In this document: in pieces, positions 10,919 through 23,023 of the stretch
Numbering within the stretch: the stretch's first letter is position 1
How the letters are laid out: the number at the start of each line of letters is the position of its first letter
Assembly (NCBI GenBank): GCA_965645245.1
Contig: OZ287076.1
Span: 1,736,001 to 1,800,000 of the forward strand
Length of the DNA stretch: 64,000 nucleotides
Origin: Massalongia carnosa
Lineage: Eukaryota
Reading direction: 5' to 3'
Program-made: the position numbers and the translations under genes
The notes under the pieces: model-generated
What the model saw: the letters and a program-made list of their open reading frames with translations, nothing else
Database searches by the model: none
What the model was told of the DNA's origin: nothing

Positions 10919-13414
10919 CTAGATACTCACCGCCATCTCATCGGCTGGATCATCACTCGCTGCCGCATCCCCATCTTCCCTCTCCATCATGCGTCTCCCC
11001 TTGGGAGACGGGGAACGTTTCCATTTCTTGTTTGGAGACAGTTCCTGGAGTGCTTGCTCATCCTTAGATACATCAACAACAGTCGATGAGACGGGAGACT
11101 CTTGTAGCGCCAGTTCGTCCTTGGAGGGATCGGCCATTGGCTCGTCGATGAAAACCGTTATTTGTTGATCCTTAACTTCCGTAACACTTGGCTTATTGAC
11201 GACGATATCCGGCGGTAACCCCTGCAGCGCTCGTTCTTGCGTGACTATATCCGTTGCGGGTTCATTGGAGAAATACCTCGCTCGCTCAAAGTCGATAAGC
11301 ATTACCCGTTCTTTTTCCTCGTTCCACAGCATATTTGGCCATCTAACGTCCCCATGGTCCACTCCCAATCCTTTTACTTCTCCAACTGTTCGCCAAACTT
11401 CCGTCTGGCTCGTATCGTCGTCTATCATCTTCCCTCCATAAGATAGCAAGAGCATATGCTTTATTTTGACGTCTAGGTCAAGGTAGTAGGAGCGACGGAG
11501 ATTAATGTTCCCTAGGTAGACTGGAATCGCTGCTCCTTGGAGGGTTTCCAGCTGCTGGTACATCTTACCCTCGTGTAGTAACGTAGGTATGAAAGCCCGT
11601 ACCGTTCCTTTGCCAACGAAGACGTAGCCGTGCGAAGTGAGCGCAATCCAGAAAAGAGCTCCTCGGGCTCCTTGCACATCAAGCGAGTGGCAATCAACGT
11701 CCAGAGTCTCTTTGAGCTGTGCTTGAATGAGTTCCATGAACGTTGTCAGTCCGATTGCGTGATGTGTGCCATCTCTAGGGTGTAGCGACGCATTGGGACA
11801 CGTTTCATCCAGGCGCAATCCTCGTACCATACCTAATAGGCAGTCTTGGGTGCAGTATTGTCGTTGTCTTCCCTGGCGGCTACTCGTACTGTTTTGGCCG
11901 TCACTTGGCTCGCCTCTGACCTTGCCGCGAGCTTGCGCTAGATTGCCCTTGCGTGATCTACGACTACGTGGGCTGGCGGGAGCGTCAGGATCCTCAGGTT
12001 CGTCGTCGTCAAGAAAGGGATCTTTGTCGTCAGAAGCACAGCTTGAGCTCATCCTGGCTCTTGCCTTTTCCTTTTCAATCGTCTTTGATCTGGTATGGTA
12101 GGGTGATTGCTTAGGGTTAGGATTCTTACGGCCTTTGTAGGACGAGGTTGGCGCTTGCTTTCTTTCAGTTGCAGGAATTCGTGCCAGCATGGTCTCCAAA
12201 TCAAGGTTCCACTTTTTCAATCCCTTCTTAGCATTATGACGCCAAGAATGAGTTCTTTGCTTCGATTGAAAAGACATCAGAGCCAGGCTCAATACCTGGC
12301 CTATGGCCGACTCCGGATATCTTTCATCGATTGCCTCGTCAATATCCTCACCAGGCATGGTCAAATGATAATACGCCGTGCTTGGGTCATCTTCTCTAAC
12401 GTGAAGGAAGACAAAAGCCTCACCGGTCGTAATGTAGCTATATTCAAGGCCGCTTCGAATCATATAATCAAACGTCTGCGTAACCACGGCGGCCACTAGT
12501 TGCTCCGCGGTATATTGCAGCCTCGCCTCAGTGACGGCCGGGTCTTCGCCTTCTTCCTTTTGGGGTGGCATTGTAGGCGTTGAAAGCAAGTAATCAAAAT
12601 CCAACGGTCGAAATCCCCTTGTCAGATTGTCGGCGGAGAGTCTGAACGGCGGTTTGTATTCGACGAGGAAGGCCAACTGGCGACTAGAATCCTGGTTCTT
12701 GAAAACACAGAATTGATCAGCGTTTGGTTTTTTGGGTCTTACTGAGGAATCGGATTCCGAGCCGGATGATGAGACTGATGTCGTAAGTTGAGAGCCTTGG
12801 CGAGGAGTTTGAAGTGCCATCTGTTGCACTTCTTCTGCAAGATCGCTGAGCGAGTTGATGTGATTCTCGAAAGTAATTCCTTTTTCCAACTTTAATTCTT
12901 TTCGAGCTTGCACGTTCTCGCAAAGATGACGGATGACTTGGGTGACCTGATCCTCTACCGCCAGCCGCTCGTAAAACTGGAGATCCCCTTCGCTCGTTAA
13001 TCTTCGTCCGCAATGGTCCTGCCCAATCCTTTCATAGTACGAGATGTTGCCAAATTTCCGCGGAGCTGGCCGGTCTGATGGGTGGAACCAGCAATATGCC
13101 TGATCAAAGACTTGCTGTCGTACTTCGGGGAAGCTCTCCCAAGGACAGATTCTTCTAGGATAGTACCGATTCTTAGGCTTCGTGAAGCCTTTAGTCGTCC
13201 ACGCTAGATTTCTTTCGATCCTGAGAGCCTTGTGGAGGTGTTCATGGCAAGTCTTCAAGAACTCCTCAAACGTTGTCTCCTGTGCCCGTCGGTTTGATTC
13301 CTCTACCTGCCGGTTTGCCTGCCTTAGAAGTCGCTTAGCTTCCTCTGCTTCTCGTCTTGATTGGTTCACAAGTTCCTGAAGCTCTTGAAGAGTCAATTCA
13401 GATTCAGCAGACAT
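10919..13414 (-). CDS. Spok: Spok-family protein (coiled coil + PD-(D/E)xK nuclease + Cys cluster + kinase-like domain), 831 aa
   Basis: Intronless ORF. N-terminal coiled coil followed by TTFEEFLKTCHEHLHKAL...RYYPRRICPWESF. Nuclease motif ADQFCV...LVEYKPP, then QTFDYMIRSGLEYSYITTGEAFVFL. Cys cluster YCTQDCLLG...CPN. Kinase HGDVRWPNMLW...LIDFE. Domain order matches Podospora SPOK proteins. Confidence 0.85.
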   Translation of the reverse strand: MSAESELTLQELQELVNQSRREAEEAKRLLRQANRQVEESNRRAQETTFEEFLKTCHEHLHKALRIERNLAWTTKGFTKPKNRYYPRRICPWESFPEVRQQVFDQAYCWFHPSDRPAPRKFGNISYYERIGQDHCGRRLTSEGDLQFYERLAVEDQVTQVIRHLCENVQARKELKLEKGITFENHINSLSDLAEEVQQMALQTPRQGSQLTTSVSSSGSESDSSVRPKKPNADQFCVFKNQDSSRQLAFLVEYKPPFRLSADNLTRGFRPLDFDYLLSTPTMPPQKEEGEDPAVTEARLQYTAEQLVAAVVTQTFDYMIRSGLEYSYITTGEAFVFLHVREDDPSTAYYHLTMPGEDIDEAIDERYPESAIGQVLSLALMSFQSKQRTHSWRHNAKKGLKKWNLDLETMLARIPATERKQAPTSSYKGRKNPNPKQSPYHTRSKTIEKEKARARMSSSCASDDKDPFLDDDEPEDPDAPASPRSRRSRKGNLAQARGKVRGEPSDGQNSTSSRQGRQRQYCTQDCLLGMVRGLRLDETCPNASLHPRDGTHHAIGLTTFMELIQAQLKETLDVDCHSLDVQGARGALFWIALTSHGYVFVGKGTVRAFIPTLLHEGKMYQQLETLQGAAIPVYLGNINLRRSYYLDLDVKIKHMLLLSYGGKMIDDDTSQTEVWRTVGEVKGLGVDHGDVRWPNMLWNEEKERVMLIDFERARYFSNEPATDIVTQERALQGLPPDIVVNKPSVTEVKDQQITVFIDEPMADPSKDELALQESPVSSTVVDVSKDEQALQELSPNKKWKRSPSPKGRRMMEREDGDAAASDDPADEMAVSI

Positions 13415-15511
13415 ATTTATGAAGTGGCAAATTTAAGTAGCGGTTTGGGAATGACCACATCGCTTAGGATGTTTGGGAGGTGTTTTTCTGGTAAGGTTGT
13501 TTAACAATCACCAGCAGCAAAATCAACAGCACTAGGCAGTATTAGGTGTAGACTTGTTTGGAGGGCGTTGTCCGGGGCATTGTTCTAACTTAGGGCTGAA
13601 GTACGAGTACCCCGCCTTGCCTGTTGTTCCTTTGAGATCTCAGTCAATCATACTTCACTAAAGATTTTCAAAACTCCTGAAAAAGTGGAAAACGCCCTGA
13701 AATTTAATCGTTTAATATGTTGAGGTTATCAAAAAAGCATTCGACGAGGGTGTCGTGACTGTGAAACAAGGAATTTCTGCGACTTTTTCTTGTCAACCGC
13801 GTGCCATGCCGCTCCTTGTTGCCAAGACTTGATTCTACCGGAGGGAGAAGCCGGTCCGAGTTGCAGCCTTGCCGTTCATATCGAGCCATTCCAATAGCCA
13901 ATATTGAGATTATGTCCGTCATGACTCGGTATAGAGGATTCGGGTTTATATATATAGTTTATTAGAGTAGCACAGTAGGTATGAAGCGTATTCGGTATAT
14001 ATTCCGTACACGCATCTGTAGCTCTCCATCCCTATGTACTCATCCTCCCACGAACGATGCTGATGCAACCCCACTCGGAACCAAAAGCGTCAACAGTTCG
14101 CCTCGTCATCGCTGGAGATAAGGCTGAAATGATGATCATCAACGAGCATGTCAGATGATCAACGTCCCGCATCGGTGCTATTCGGTGCTTCCGTCCGGAT
14201 GCGGCAGCCATGAGATTCCGATTTAACTTTCTGATCTTTTGATTCTGCAGGGCACATCCACTCTTGCAGTTGCAGGCGCGTTGGCCACAAGCTCGCATGC
14301 CTTGATCACTGATCAGGTCATGCAATCATACTATGTATCAGCGGATCGTATTTACCAGCGGTTAATGAATATTTCGAAAGAGACGATCACGGCTAAATGC
14401 AGAGGGAATTCAAATATAGTCCCTCACATGATTGCCACAAAAGGCTTAGACTCAGGTACCAAAACACGCGGGCGGTGAATAGTGCCAGCGATCCGGATCC
14501 CGATCCTCCCGACCCCAGCACCCCAGATTCCAACATTAACGTTGAGCCTAAGGCTTTCCCGCATGTGATAATGTTGGCACCAATCAATCAAACCATTTCA
14601 ATTGGAATTCAGGACCTGACTAACGTTTCATCCTCGTCTATTCACCAATCAACGACCCATCGCATTGCAGTGCAGATTAGGGTTAGGGATCCCATTCCGA
14701 ACGAACGGGAGATTACTCTGTTCCTTCGTAGTTACAATTTGTATGACGGAGTGCCTCTGCTGATATCCGTCCATCCATCCATCCATCCATCCCTCCCTCC
14801 ACCCATTCGGTCGGTTCGCTTCGGTTCGGAGTGAACATGCAGAAGAATTTCAACCGAACAGCAGGTGAGTACAAAGTAGGCACTCTGTAGGCTGCAGAGC
14901 CTGGCAGTGAAGTGATTTAACCTTATGCTGCTGCCCAGCGCGTGATGTGACGCCTTGCAAGCACCTCCCACACGCACCCGTTGGATGAGCCTGAATTAAT
15001 CCATTGCACGTTCATGGCAGGACATGCTTTGCCCTAACCCTTAGTCACCCTTAACCCCAAATTGTTTCATATACCTCCCATGCCTCCCCATCATTTCTTT
15101 TCCAGTCTTCTCTGCCCTGCACCCACTTTCCAAATTATTTCTTGCTCTTGTTCTTAACCTCTGTTGTTTCTGGAAAACATCCACTGTCACTATCCTCCAT
15201 ACTTGGCTGCCGTTCATCGGGTCTATCAATTCGTGTTCATTGGAAATAGTTCAAACACATTCACTCTCGTGTCCACCTGCGCCCGAGCGCTATTTTCTCC
15301 TCATTGCGGGTAAAACGTTCCTTGTCAAGCGAGTCGTAATTTGTCGCGAGGACAAAAAGCATTAGCTCAACCAAGCGATCTCCTTCACAAACCGGCACTT
15401 CTTCGCAGCAGACTCATCACAAATCCAAATCGCAGGATCTTGTTGGCCAAACAGTGTCATCTACCCCCTCACTCAAGCCAAAACCCCCAATCCTTTCAAC
15501 TGTTCGTCCAA

Positions 15512-16033
15512 ATGCACCCTCTCATCTTTCTTCCGTTCCTCTCTCCCCTCCTCGCCGTGGCCCTCCCCGAAATCTCCGACAAGGATACGACGACACAAAC
15601 CTCGACCTCAACCCGCTACCTCACCCGGACCCTTGTCCGAGGCGTTACCCTCACCTCTTCCATCCCCGCTCCGTCCTTCCTCCCGCTCGTCCCCGGTGAC
15701 GCCTACTCCTCGCTGCCCTCCTACCCGCCCATCCAAGCGCCCACCGCCACCGACGACGCCGGCAGCGTCATTTCCACCATTAACCTTGCGCCTCCGTCGT
15801 CGTCCGCTACCGCCGTGGCCATCCTGGTGCAAACTCCCAGCGCGACCGCCAAGTTTCCTTCCGGTACCGACACGCCGGCTGTGAATTCCACTGGCACCCT
15901 AGGCACGACCGTCTCACCAGCGCCGACAGTTGCCACGTTTCTGGGTGCAGCCCCAGGGAGGAACGGGCTCGGTTTAGGGACGGTGATGGTTATCGTAGGG
16001 GCTATCATGGGGGTTGCGGGCGGGTGGTTGTAA
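15512..16033 (+). CDS. Small secreted Ser/Thr/Pro-rich protein, probably GPI-anchored (173 aa)
   Basis: First ATG in the ORF gives signal peptide MHPLIFLPFLSPLLAVALP. S/T/P/A-rich body. C-terminus ATFLGAAPGRNG followed by a hydrophobic tail resembles a GPI signal. High GC3 codon usage. Confidence 0.8.
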   Translation: MHPLIFLPFLSPLLAVALPEISDKDTTTQTSTSTRYLTRTLVRGVTLTSSIPAPSFLPLVPGDAYSSLPSYPPIQAPTATDDAGSVISTINLAPPSSSATAVAILVQTPSATAKFPSGTDTPAVNSTGTLGTTVSPAPTVATFLGAAPGRNGLGLGTVMVIVGAIMGVAGGWL

Positions 16034-17140
16034 AGGGATTGAGGGTTACGAAATGAAACATACAGGAAACTTGCAAGGCCCGTTGTGTTTTTTTGGACAT
16101 CGACTCAACTCAATGTTTGCTCAAGTTGAATTACCGAACTCTGGATTTGATGCGTGGTTCATGCCCTTATTTGTACATAATCTATGCCGGCAAATGAAGA
16201 AACATTCGTTTTTATTTGTGGTTGCGGTTTCGCTATAGGTTTTTCGTATTCTGGTTCATATAGTATCGATGAGTTGATGAGTCGCTGAATCGCTGAATCA
16301 CGCTTTGAGCTAGAGCTTTAAAGCTTTAAAGCATTGAAACTTGAGACATGAAGACAAGTCTTTCGGAACCGACAGACTAGAAAAGCAGAACCAAGGACGA
16401 AAAAGAAGAAGAAGAAGAGCGAAATGTTAATACGAACATGTATGTACCTACTATCTCTCCATCTATTCCCCTCCATCCCTAATTCCCTCTCCATCTCTCC
16501 CTCTATCTTTCCTATCTATGCATCTACCTATCCGCCCGCCCAGTCACTCACCCACCCATCTCCACCAAAATCAACAAAAACCTACATAGTTTTGAATATC
16601 CGTAAAATTTCATGAAATCGTTGTTGATGCTGTTTTGAAAACATGAGATTACATAACGAAGACGTTTTTGAAAAGTTTAATGCGGTCAATGCCTCGTCGA
16701 GTGCAAGCAGTCCTGAATGCAAATGGAGGTTATACTAAATATTAGTTACATGTAAATAAATAATCGCATCATTCTATCAAAACGTTGATTTTTTGGTAAC
16801 AGCAACAATAGATAATTTATACTGCTATGAAATTCGTTTAAATTCGCCTATCCGGACACTAACGATCCTACCTTATACCATAATAACTAGTACTTCGTAG
16901 AGTATGCAGTTTCCAAGATATCCGAAAAAAAAAGCCGAGAAAGTCAACGAAACCCAGTAAATAGTTATGTAACAGCAATACCATGACCATCTCTTCAGAA
17001 TCCAGTCCAGAGACGGAACACGTTTGGGATAATGGCGCAGTCTGCATGGTTTTTATCCCTTTAAAAGGTTTTCCCTGTAAGAATAAGTAGATAGCCCGCA
17101 TGGGCCGGCCTTCGGCCGGTGTCAGATCGGTACAAGAATC

Positions 17141-17141
<1 letters not shown>

Positions 17142-17174
<33 letters not shown>
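17142..17174 (+). repeat. (ATC)11 microsatellite
   Basis: Perfect trinucleotide run read directly from the sequence. Confidence 0.95.
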
Positions 17175-17176
<2 letters not shown>

Positions 17177-19644
17177 GACCATCGCTTCAAAGCCCCACTT
17201 TCACCCAGTTACTGGTAAAAACCGCCGTATTAACGCCTCCAAAGGCCAGCCAGTCGGTCGGTCAGTCTTACAAGCCGCATTCAGAAAGCCCCGCCCACCC
17301 CTCCCCCTTTCTCGCAGCATGTTCCGTTTACCTATAGAGCACAGGCAAGGTCCTTGTCGAATTTTTCGGAGTTGGCAATTTATGGCTATGTATCTCCTTG
17401 ACGATGAGGGAGGGAAGGAGGGGGATCCGAGACTGGACCGGAGATTGGGAAATAGGAATAGGAGGAGGGTGGATTCGCTGGAGATAATTCTGAGGTTATC
17501 AACACACGGATTTTCTGTATCATAATTATTCACATAGACTTCAATTTATTCCTCTTTATAACAAATCGATTATCAGGACTCAAAAAGAACGTAGAAGTCA
17601 AGTTCTAATTTACAAAGTGAACGCGCGCTTTTGTCTGAATTGACCGATTGATAAAGACATCATGATACTTTCCTATCTGGGCACAGCATTTTCCTCCGAA
17701 CAACAGCCTCTACCGCAAGGATCAGCTACATCTGAGCTGCTCGTGACGCACGTCTAGCTAGGTAAATGGTAGCGTTAATATCAAATTCATCGTCGTCATA
17801 AAAAACACCAAACGATACCTGTAAAAATCCCTTTCACTATTTAGAGTTACGTAGCATCATCTCTTCATGATATGTACAACCAGGGCAGAAGTTGAGATAG
17901 TCTTCAATCGCTTAACCACTTTTCTCGTCCGCGGTATGAGCTACGATGGCCGTCTCGAACACTGTCAACGCACCGTTTCTGTCCATTTCGCTCGCTCTTG
18001 ACCCTTCAGCCTAAAGACTGACGGAACCTTAAGTTCCCACGTTATCTATCAATGTATCGCTAGAGCTCCTCAACCCCTTACGGTCTGCTCATGGCACACC
18101 ATTCTGCATCCGCGACAAGCTCTGCAACAAAACCGCTTTGAGATCATCGACAAATTGACCAATACCATCATCCCCCAAGTAGCGAAGAGAGCTAAACGAC
18201 CCGCAATCCAGCGACAGTTAGGGAGTTTGGACGAGCGGCTGTTCATCGCACTTATGTCACAGGTGCCATATGCCGTTTCGACGCCATTCGGCCCTCGATT
18301 GCCCGAGGAGTAGAGTACATCAACCGAGGAACCACTTTATGGAGTGCGAAGACTGAGGAAGGGAGAATACACTGTACGAGTCAGTAGAGCAGAGAACTCG
18401 AGCTGCCAGATTGGTTGGTGGCGACACGGAGCCAAGGAGGAGAATTTCGAGCCTGCAAGCGAGAGCGGACAATCGGGGATAGATTGCTCGTTGGGTCTAT
18501 CGGAAGAGTCGTCACCACTTGTGTTAGATGCCGCAGCGATAGCGTCAATTGATTTCTCAGTGGTGTGAGAACGGTTTCTGAATGGGATATTATGCAACAG
18601 AGTAGAGAGATGGAACCAAAATGAGCTCATAGTTTCACATCCAACATGCCTCGAAGCGTGTGAATCTCAGTTTCCTCGGCCCAAGTAAAAGGGATCGCAA
18701 GTAAAAAGTGCTTGAATCGACGCCTAGCCACAAACTATAATCCCGCCTCAGATTGACTTCTTAAATCGTTCGTCAACCGGTAAGCAAGCCTTCAAATTAG
18801 CGATTACATATTTACAATTAAATTTTCATTTTCAATCGATTCGTGACACGTATGGAACTAACGCGTGATAATCATGCAATTATTGCGCGCATGTTGCTTT
18901 TCATTGATGTTCATCGTAATGTAGCAGGCACGCATAAGGGAGCTCGGCGCACAGGTGTGCGAAATCGGCTCGGGTCCGTTGAGTCAACGGGTGCTCGCGG
19001 GGCTATGTCATATTAAGAGTCACAATGAGATTTGAAAGGGCGAAAGACGAGGAAGAAATAAAAAATGAGCAAAAAGATGTACCTGTCTGTCTGTTTTGCC
19101 TAGGTATGTTGGACAAGAAATCGAAGCTATTATTCCTTTCTCCTTTGAAGATCATCAAATACATCCAGAGGCGATGAAACATATGAACAAATGTAGGTAC
19201 TCTATAGAAGGAAGCCGTCAATACAATACTACTGCCTGTAAAAGCAGCAAGAGTACCGGTACTTGGATGGGATGAAACGGTGGGAAATGTGTCGTTTTTG
19301 TTTGTTGAGGCAATTGGTAAAGGGATACTTCGTTGTATTTACCCGTGAAGCACAGGGTCTCTCTGCCCACAGTAGTTGTTGTAGCTTCTCTTCATTCATT
19401 CATGCATTATAGAACTCGAAAGCGCGAGAAATGAGAATGGAGAAAAAGATGGCTGAGCGATGAAGAGAATCACTTACCCCGTCAATATTCAAAAAATGAC
19501 TTGCAGACTTGACTTTTCTCTCCTCTTTTGCGATGGATCAAGACTCTCCAACCAATGTTAATATCCTTATTGTATTCAGACAGGTTTTCACAAACGATTG
19601 TTTATGTGTGTGTTAGTCACACACATAACCTTCGGATCTGGGCA

Positions 19645-20805
19645 ATGAATCATCTTCTGCTTCCCAGTAGCCCTGCCCCATCAACTGTAGGAAAAGTCCC
19701 TTGTGTAGCCGTGGAAGAATATATTGGCAGGTCATTCCTTACATATCGAGCGCGGAAAGACAAGATCTGGCCGTCATCGAGCGAAGATGAAGGAGCTGAT
19801 GACTCTTAACCAGGATATAAGGTGCAGACCGCTAGCCCATCAGATTAAAATGGAACATCGATCATTGAGACTATTCAAGCCCTCTACGCGAATGGTTTTG
19901 CAACAAAATGAGTTTTTTGGAGCAAAGCAAAAAATGGACGAGGTTCTCATGGATGTTGGCACCGCTCTGGCTCAGCTTGATACAATTTTATTTCATCATT
20001 CAACCAGCGTGGATGCTGATGAAGCATTGTGTATCGGAATACTATTAGATCTCCCCGTCATGGAGATCTTGAATGGTCCGGAGACGGCAGCTTCAAGGAT
20101 TGGGAGAGTCTAGAAACTGATTGCAGCGCAATACGGAGGTCTTCTCAGAACATGCTCTGTATCGAGAAACCTAAAATGGAAGAGCCGGGCCTGGATGGGC
20201 ACCGAAGAGTTTGCTTACTCGCACTCACCGAATGGGTTTGTTAGACAGATTAATGAAATGGGAGAGAGAAAGCTCGGGGTTCCGGTAGGCTCCAGGCTAC
20301 TTGTGAACTGTTCAGGACTTAAATTGGCGCTCAGGTGCCCAGATGACGAACTAAGAAATGATGATGGAATCTAGTATAAGCTTTTCGCGACCTTCAAGCC
20401 TCTGAGTGGTCTTGTGCTGCCGATATAGGAAGTAGACTCATATGGAAGACGATCATGGGAAGGCTTAGCAGCCCAAGATAACCGAGCACACAAATAAAAT
20501 ATTTTTTTATTGAATCTAAAAGTCATCTTACCGTCGCAGAGCTCCCTTCACGACGCCACAGAACGATTGGCTCGGAAGTTAAAGTCGACACCCACTCACA
20601 GATCGATTGTTCAGTCTTCTGCCTGACAAAACAAGCATGTAGTGCAAAGAGGCAATCGTGGCATTGAAAGATCCTGCTTTAGTTCATCCTTATCTCGGAT
20701 TCGATTTTAGGATATTGGGGAGTTTACTGGTGATTTGTGGCTGATTGTTCAATCATGACTACGTTAGGACGTGACTACCGGCTAGTCAGCAATGGTGCGT
20801 GGACT
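19645..20805 (+). pseudogene. Internally deleted, degraded HET-domain-family gene
   Basis: N-terminus MNHLLLPSSP...VPCVAVEEYIGRSFLTY. Post-HET block HSTSVDADEALCIGILLDL...RV*KL with a TGG>TAG stop at 20111. Frameshifted PGL/WAPKSLL and terminal SQQWCVD. These match the N- and C-terminal motifs of a common fungal HET-protein family as I recall them; the central HET domain is absent. Confidence 0.6.
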
Positions 20806-21200
20806 CGCATGTTTTTCGGCATTTGTACTGTGAAGAATATAACTAGTAGGGATTTAAAGGATCCTAACAAAAGACCATATGTGGCCCTTTACCCGTAGAA
20901 TTCGTCAACAGCCATACAGCATTCGAGGTAAGTTATACCATATTGCTTATGACTCTTGGTTGCGTAATCTCGCAGATGGGCATACAATGATCGATTTGTT
21001 AGATAAGCCAGAAATAATTAAGGAATTCACAACGCTCAGATACCCGTCTAGGCATCATAGAAAATTGCTTGCTCTTTATCCTATATCCTTGGACCTCGAC
21101 AAGCAATTTAACGGATTGGTAATACTAGCCGTAGCTATAGAGTTCCTTAGTACGATAAGCAATTGGGTACTTATTGATCCTAGAAAAGCTTTGGAGACTT

Positions 21201-23023
21201 TCAAGCTGAGTCTGTGAATGCCGTCAAGCCACAGACTACCATGGCGAAATAAGATCCTGCGGCAGACGGTCTTCCGTTCGCAAGGTTCTCTGTATCAAAC
21301 CCAGTGTTCAAACAATATTTCACAGCGTCATTGTATGCGCTGCCAACCCGAAAGCGAAGTTTGCTGTTATTGATCGTCCTCTCTAGTAGCTTTTCTCGCC
21401 GCTCATGACGATAGGATTGGGGATCGGCAACTAGCTTACCCGTGAGAGTTTCAAGCGGCTCCCAGAATGCAATTTGCAGCAGAACAAGGCCAAGGGCATA
21501 AATATCGTAACTATTTTCCTCATTAGTGTCTTTTAGTAGAAATTAGGCGCCTGTGAGCGGCAATACCTCTTTTGAAATGGCATGCCATCTTCATGATTTG
21601 GATGACGATATTCGTCCTCAGCTATGTTATGTACGTTCTCCGAAAGTCCCTTGTCTCCGAAATCACGGGAGAAATCGAATCCGGTTAGATATGGGGAGTC
21701 GATATCAATCTCGAATGCTGAGTCTCGGTGGAAGAACAAAATGTTTTTGGCCGAGATGCACTTGTGGAGCATATTTACCTGATGGAGCCCAGAAAGGGCC
21801 TTTGCAACCGCGTGGGAAAGCTTGAATCGTGTTTCCAGCGGTGGTTTACCACCGTACCTCGCGCACAGGTAGCTCTGGTTGCGTATGAGTTGATCGAGAG
21901 ATTTCGGAGGATGGATGCGCGACGCAGAAAGCGGAAGTTTGTACACGATTCCAACTTCGGATGGATGATGACCTATGTGGTAGCCAACGCAGGTCAACGT
22001 TTTGAATGTTTCCGGAGAGTTTGACGACAGGAGTTGCACGAGTTTTTGAATTCTCTGGATACCGATTTCTTCAGCGGTTTTGTCGGCGGTCTTGTGGCTT
22101 AGGAAGCCCTTGCGTTTCCACTCCACCAAAACCTGTGTATTCGAGTCTTGAGTGGGCGTCCAGCTCGCTAGAGTACGAAATCTCGTCTCTCTGTCATGAA
22201 ACTCGAGCTCTCGGATACCTAGGTGTTTGTTCATGCCGCTCTTTTGACGAATCGCCGTGGCAAGGTTCTGCGACTTGAGCCCCGCCATCTGAGAAATATC
22301 AGGATGGATTTCGGACTCGGCGGCACATATTTCGGCCAAAGCCTCAGGGCTGTTTGAGTTGAGTGTGTCGAAGTGAGAGAGTTCCCTAACCTCTGTTCGG
22401 GCTCTGGTTTGAAGCAGAGAATAAAGCGCATCATTCAAACTCTTCAGTTCATTGACCAGAACCTTAAATTTTGCTCGGTCACTCAAGACCCATCGACATT
22501 TGGAAAACGCCGATATTCGCGCCTGGGCTGACTTAGCTATCTCGCGATATTGAGACTTGAGTTCCACCATAGGTGTCCAGTTGTTCAAAGATTCATAAGT
22601 CATCTGTTGCTCTGGAGTTTGAACACTCTCCGGCAACGCCATGCTACCCTCACCTTCCATCAACGACGAATCATCCCGCAATCCATATCGCGCAACGAGT
22701 TCATGCGCATCGCTGACACGCAAAGCAATCAAACAAATTGTGTTGAGTACCTCCTTGTCAATAAATTGGCCCTGCCTGATCTTCCATCTTCCCTCGTCCG
22801 CTCCTGTGGTTTCACCCCATGCGCGAAATCGGCAACCTTCCATGTCGAGCTGGATAAGCGCTAATCTGGAATCCCTCCCAGTTGACCTGAATTTATTAAT
22901 GAACTGATACCCAGCCTTCCCAACTTGGAAAAACTGATGAATCAACACCGGAGCACCCATGGTCACTGTAGCCCCTTCCATCTTAACCGTCAGGTAATCG
23001 TTGCCGCTTTCAGTTTCTGACAT
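21201..23023 (-). CDS. HeLo (prion-inhibition)-like domain + pseudokinase protein (MLKL-like architecture)
   Basis: Exon 1 23023-21567, intron 21566-21511 (GTATTG...CTAAT...ATAG), exon 2 21510-21201 (SYDIYALGLVLLQIAFW...AVKYCL...TGA). N-terminal HeLo signatures QLDMEGCRFRAWG and KCRWVLSDRAKFKVLVNELKSLNDAL. Kinase-fold motifs VLVEWK, LHKCISAKNILFF, PYLTGFDFSR, YRHP. The start may instead be the second Met at 22981. Confidence 0.88.

Noticed and set aside
16868..17533. ORFs with poly-Met/poly-Ile runs
   Set aside because: Artefacts of the (ATC)11 microsatellite; no protein-like features.
22981..23023. Amyloid signalling motif (HRAM/PP/sigma) linking the NLR and the HeLo protein
   Set aside because: No N/Q/G-rich pseudo-repeat at the NLR N-terminus or the HeLo protein termini.
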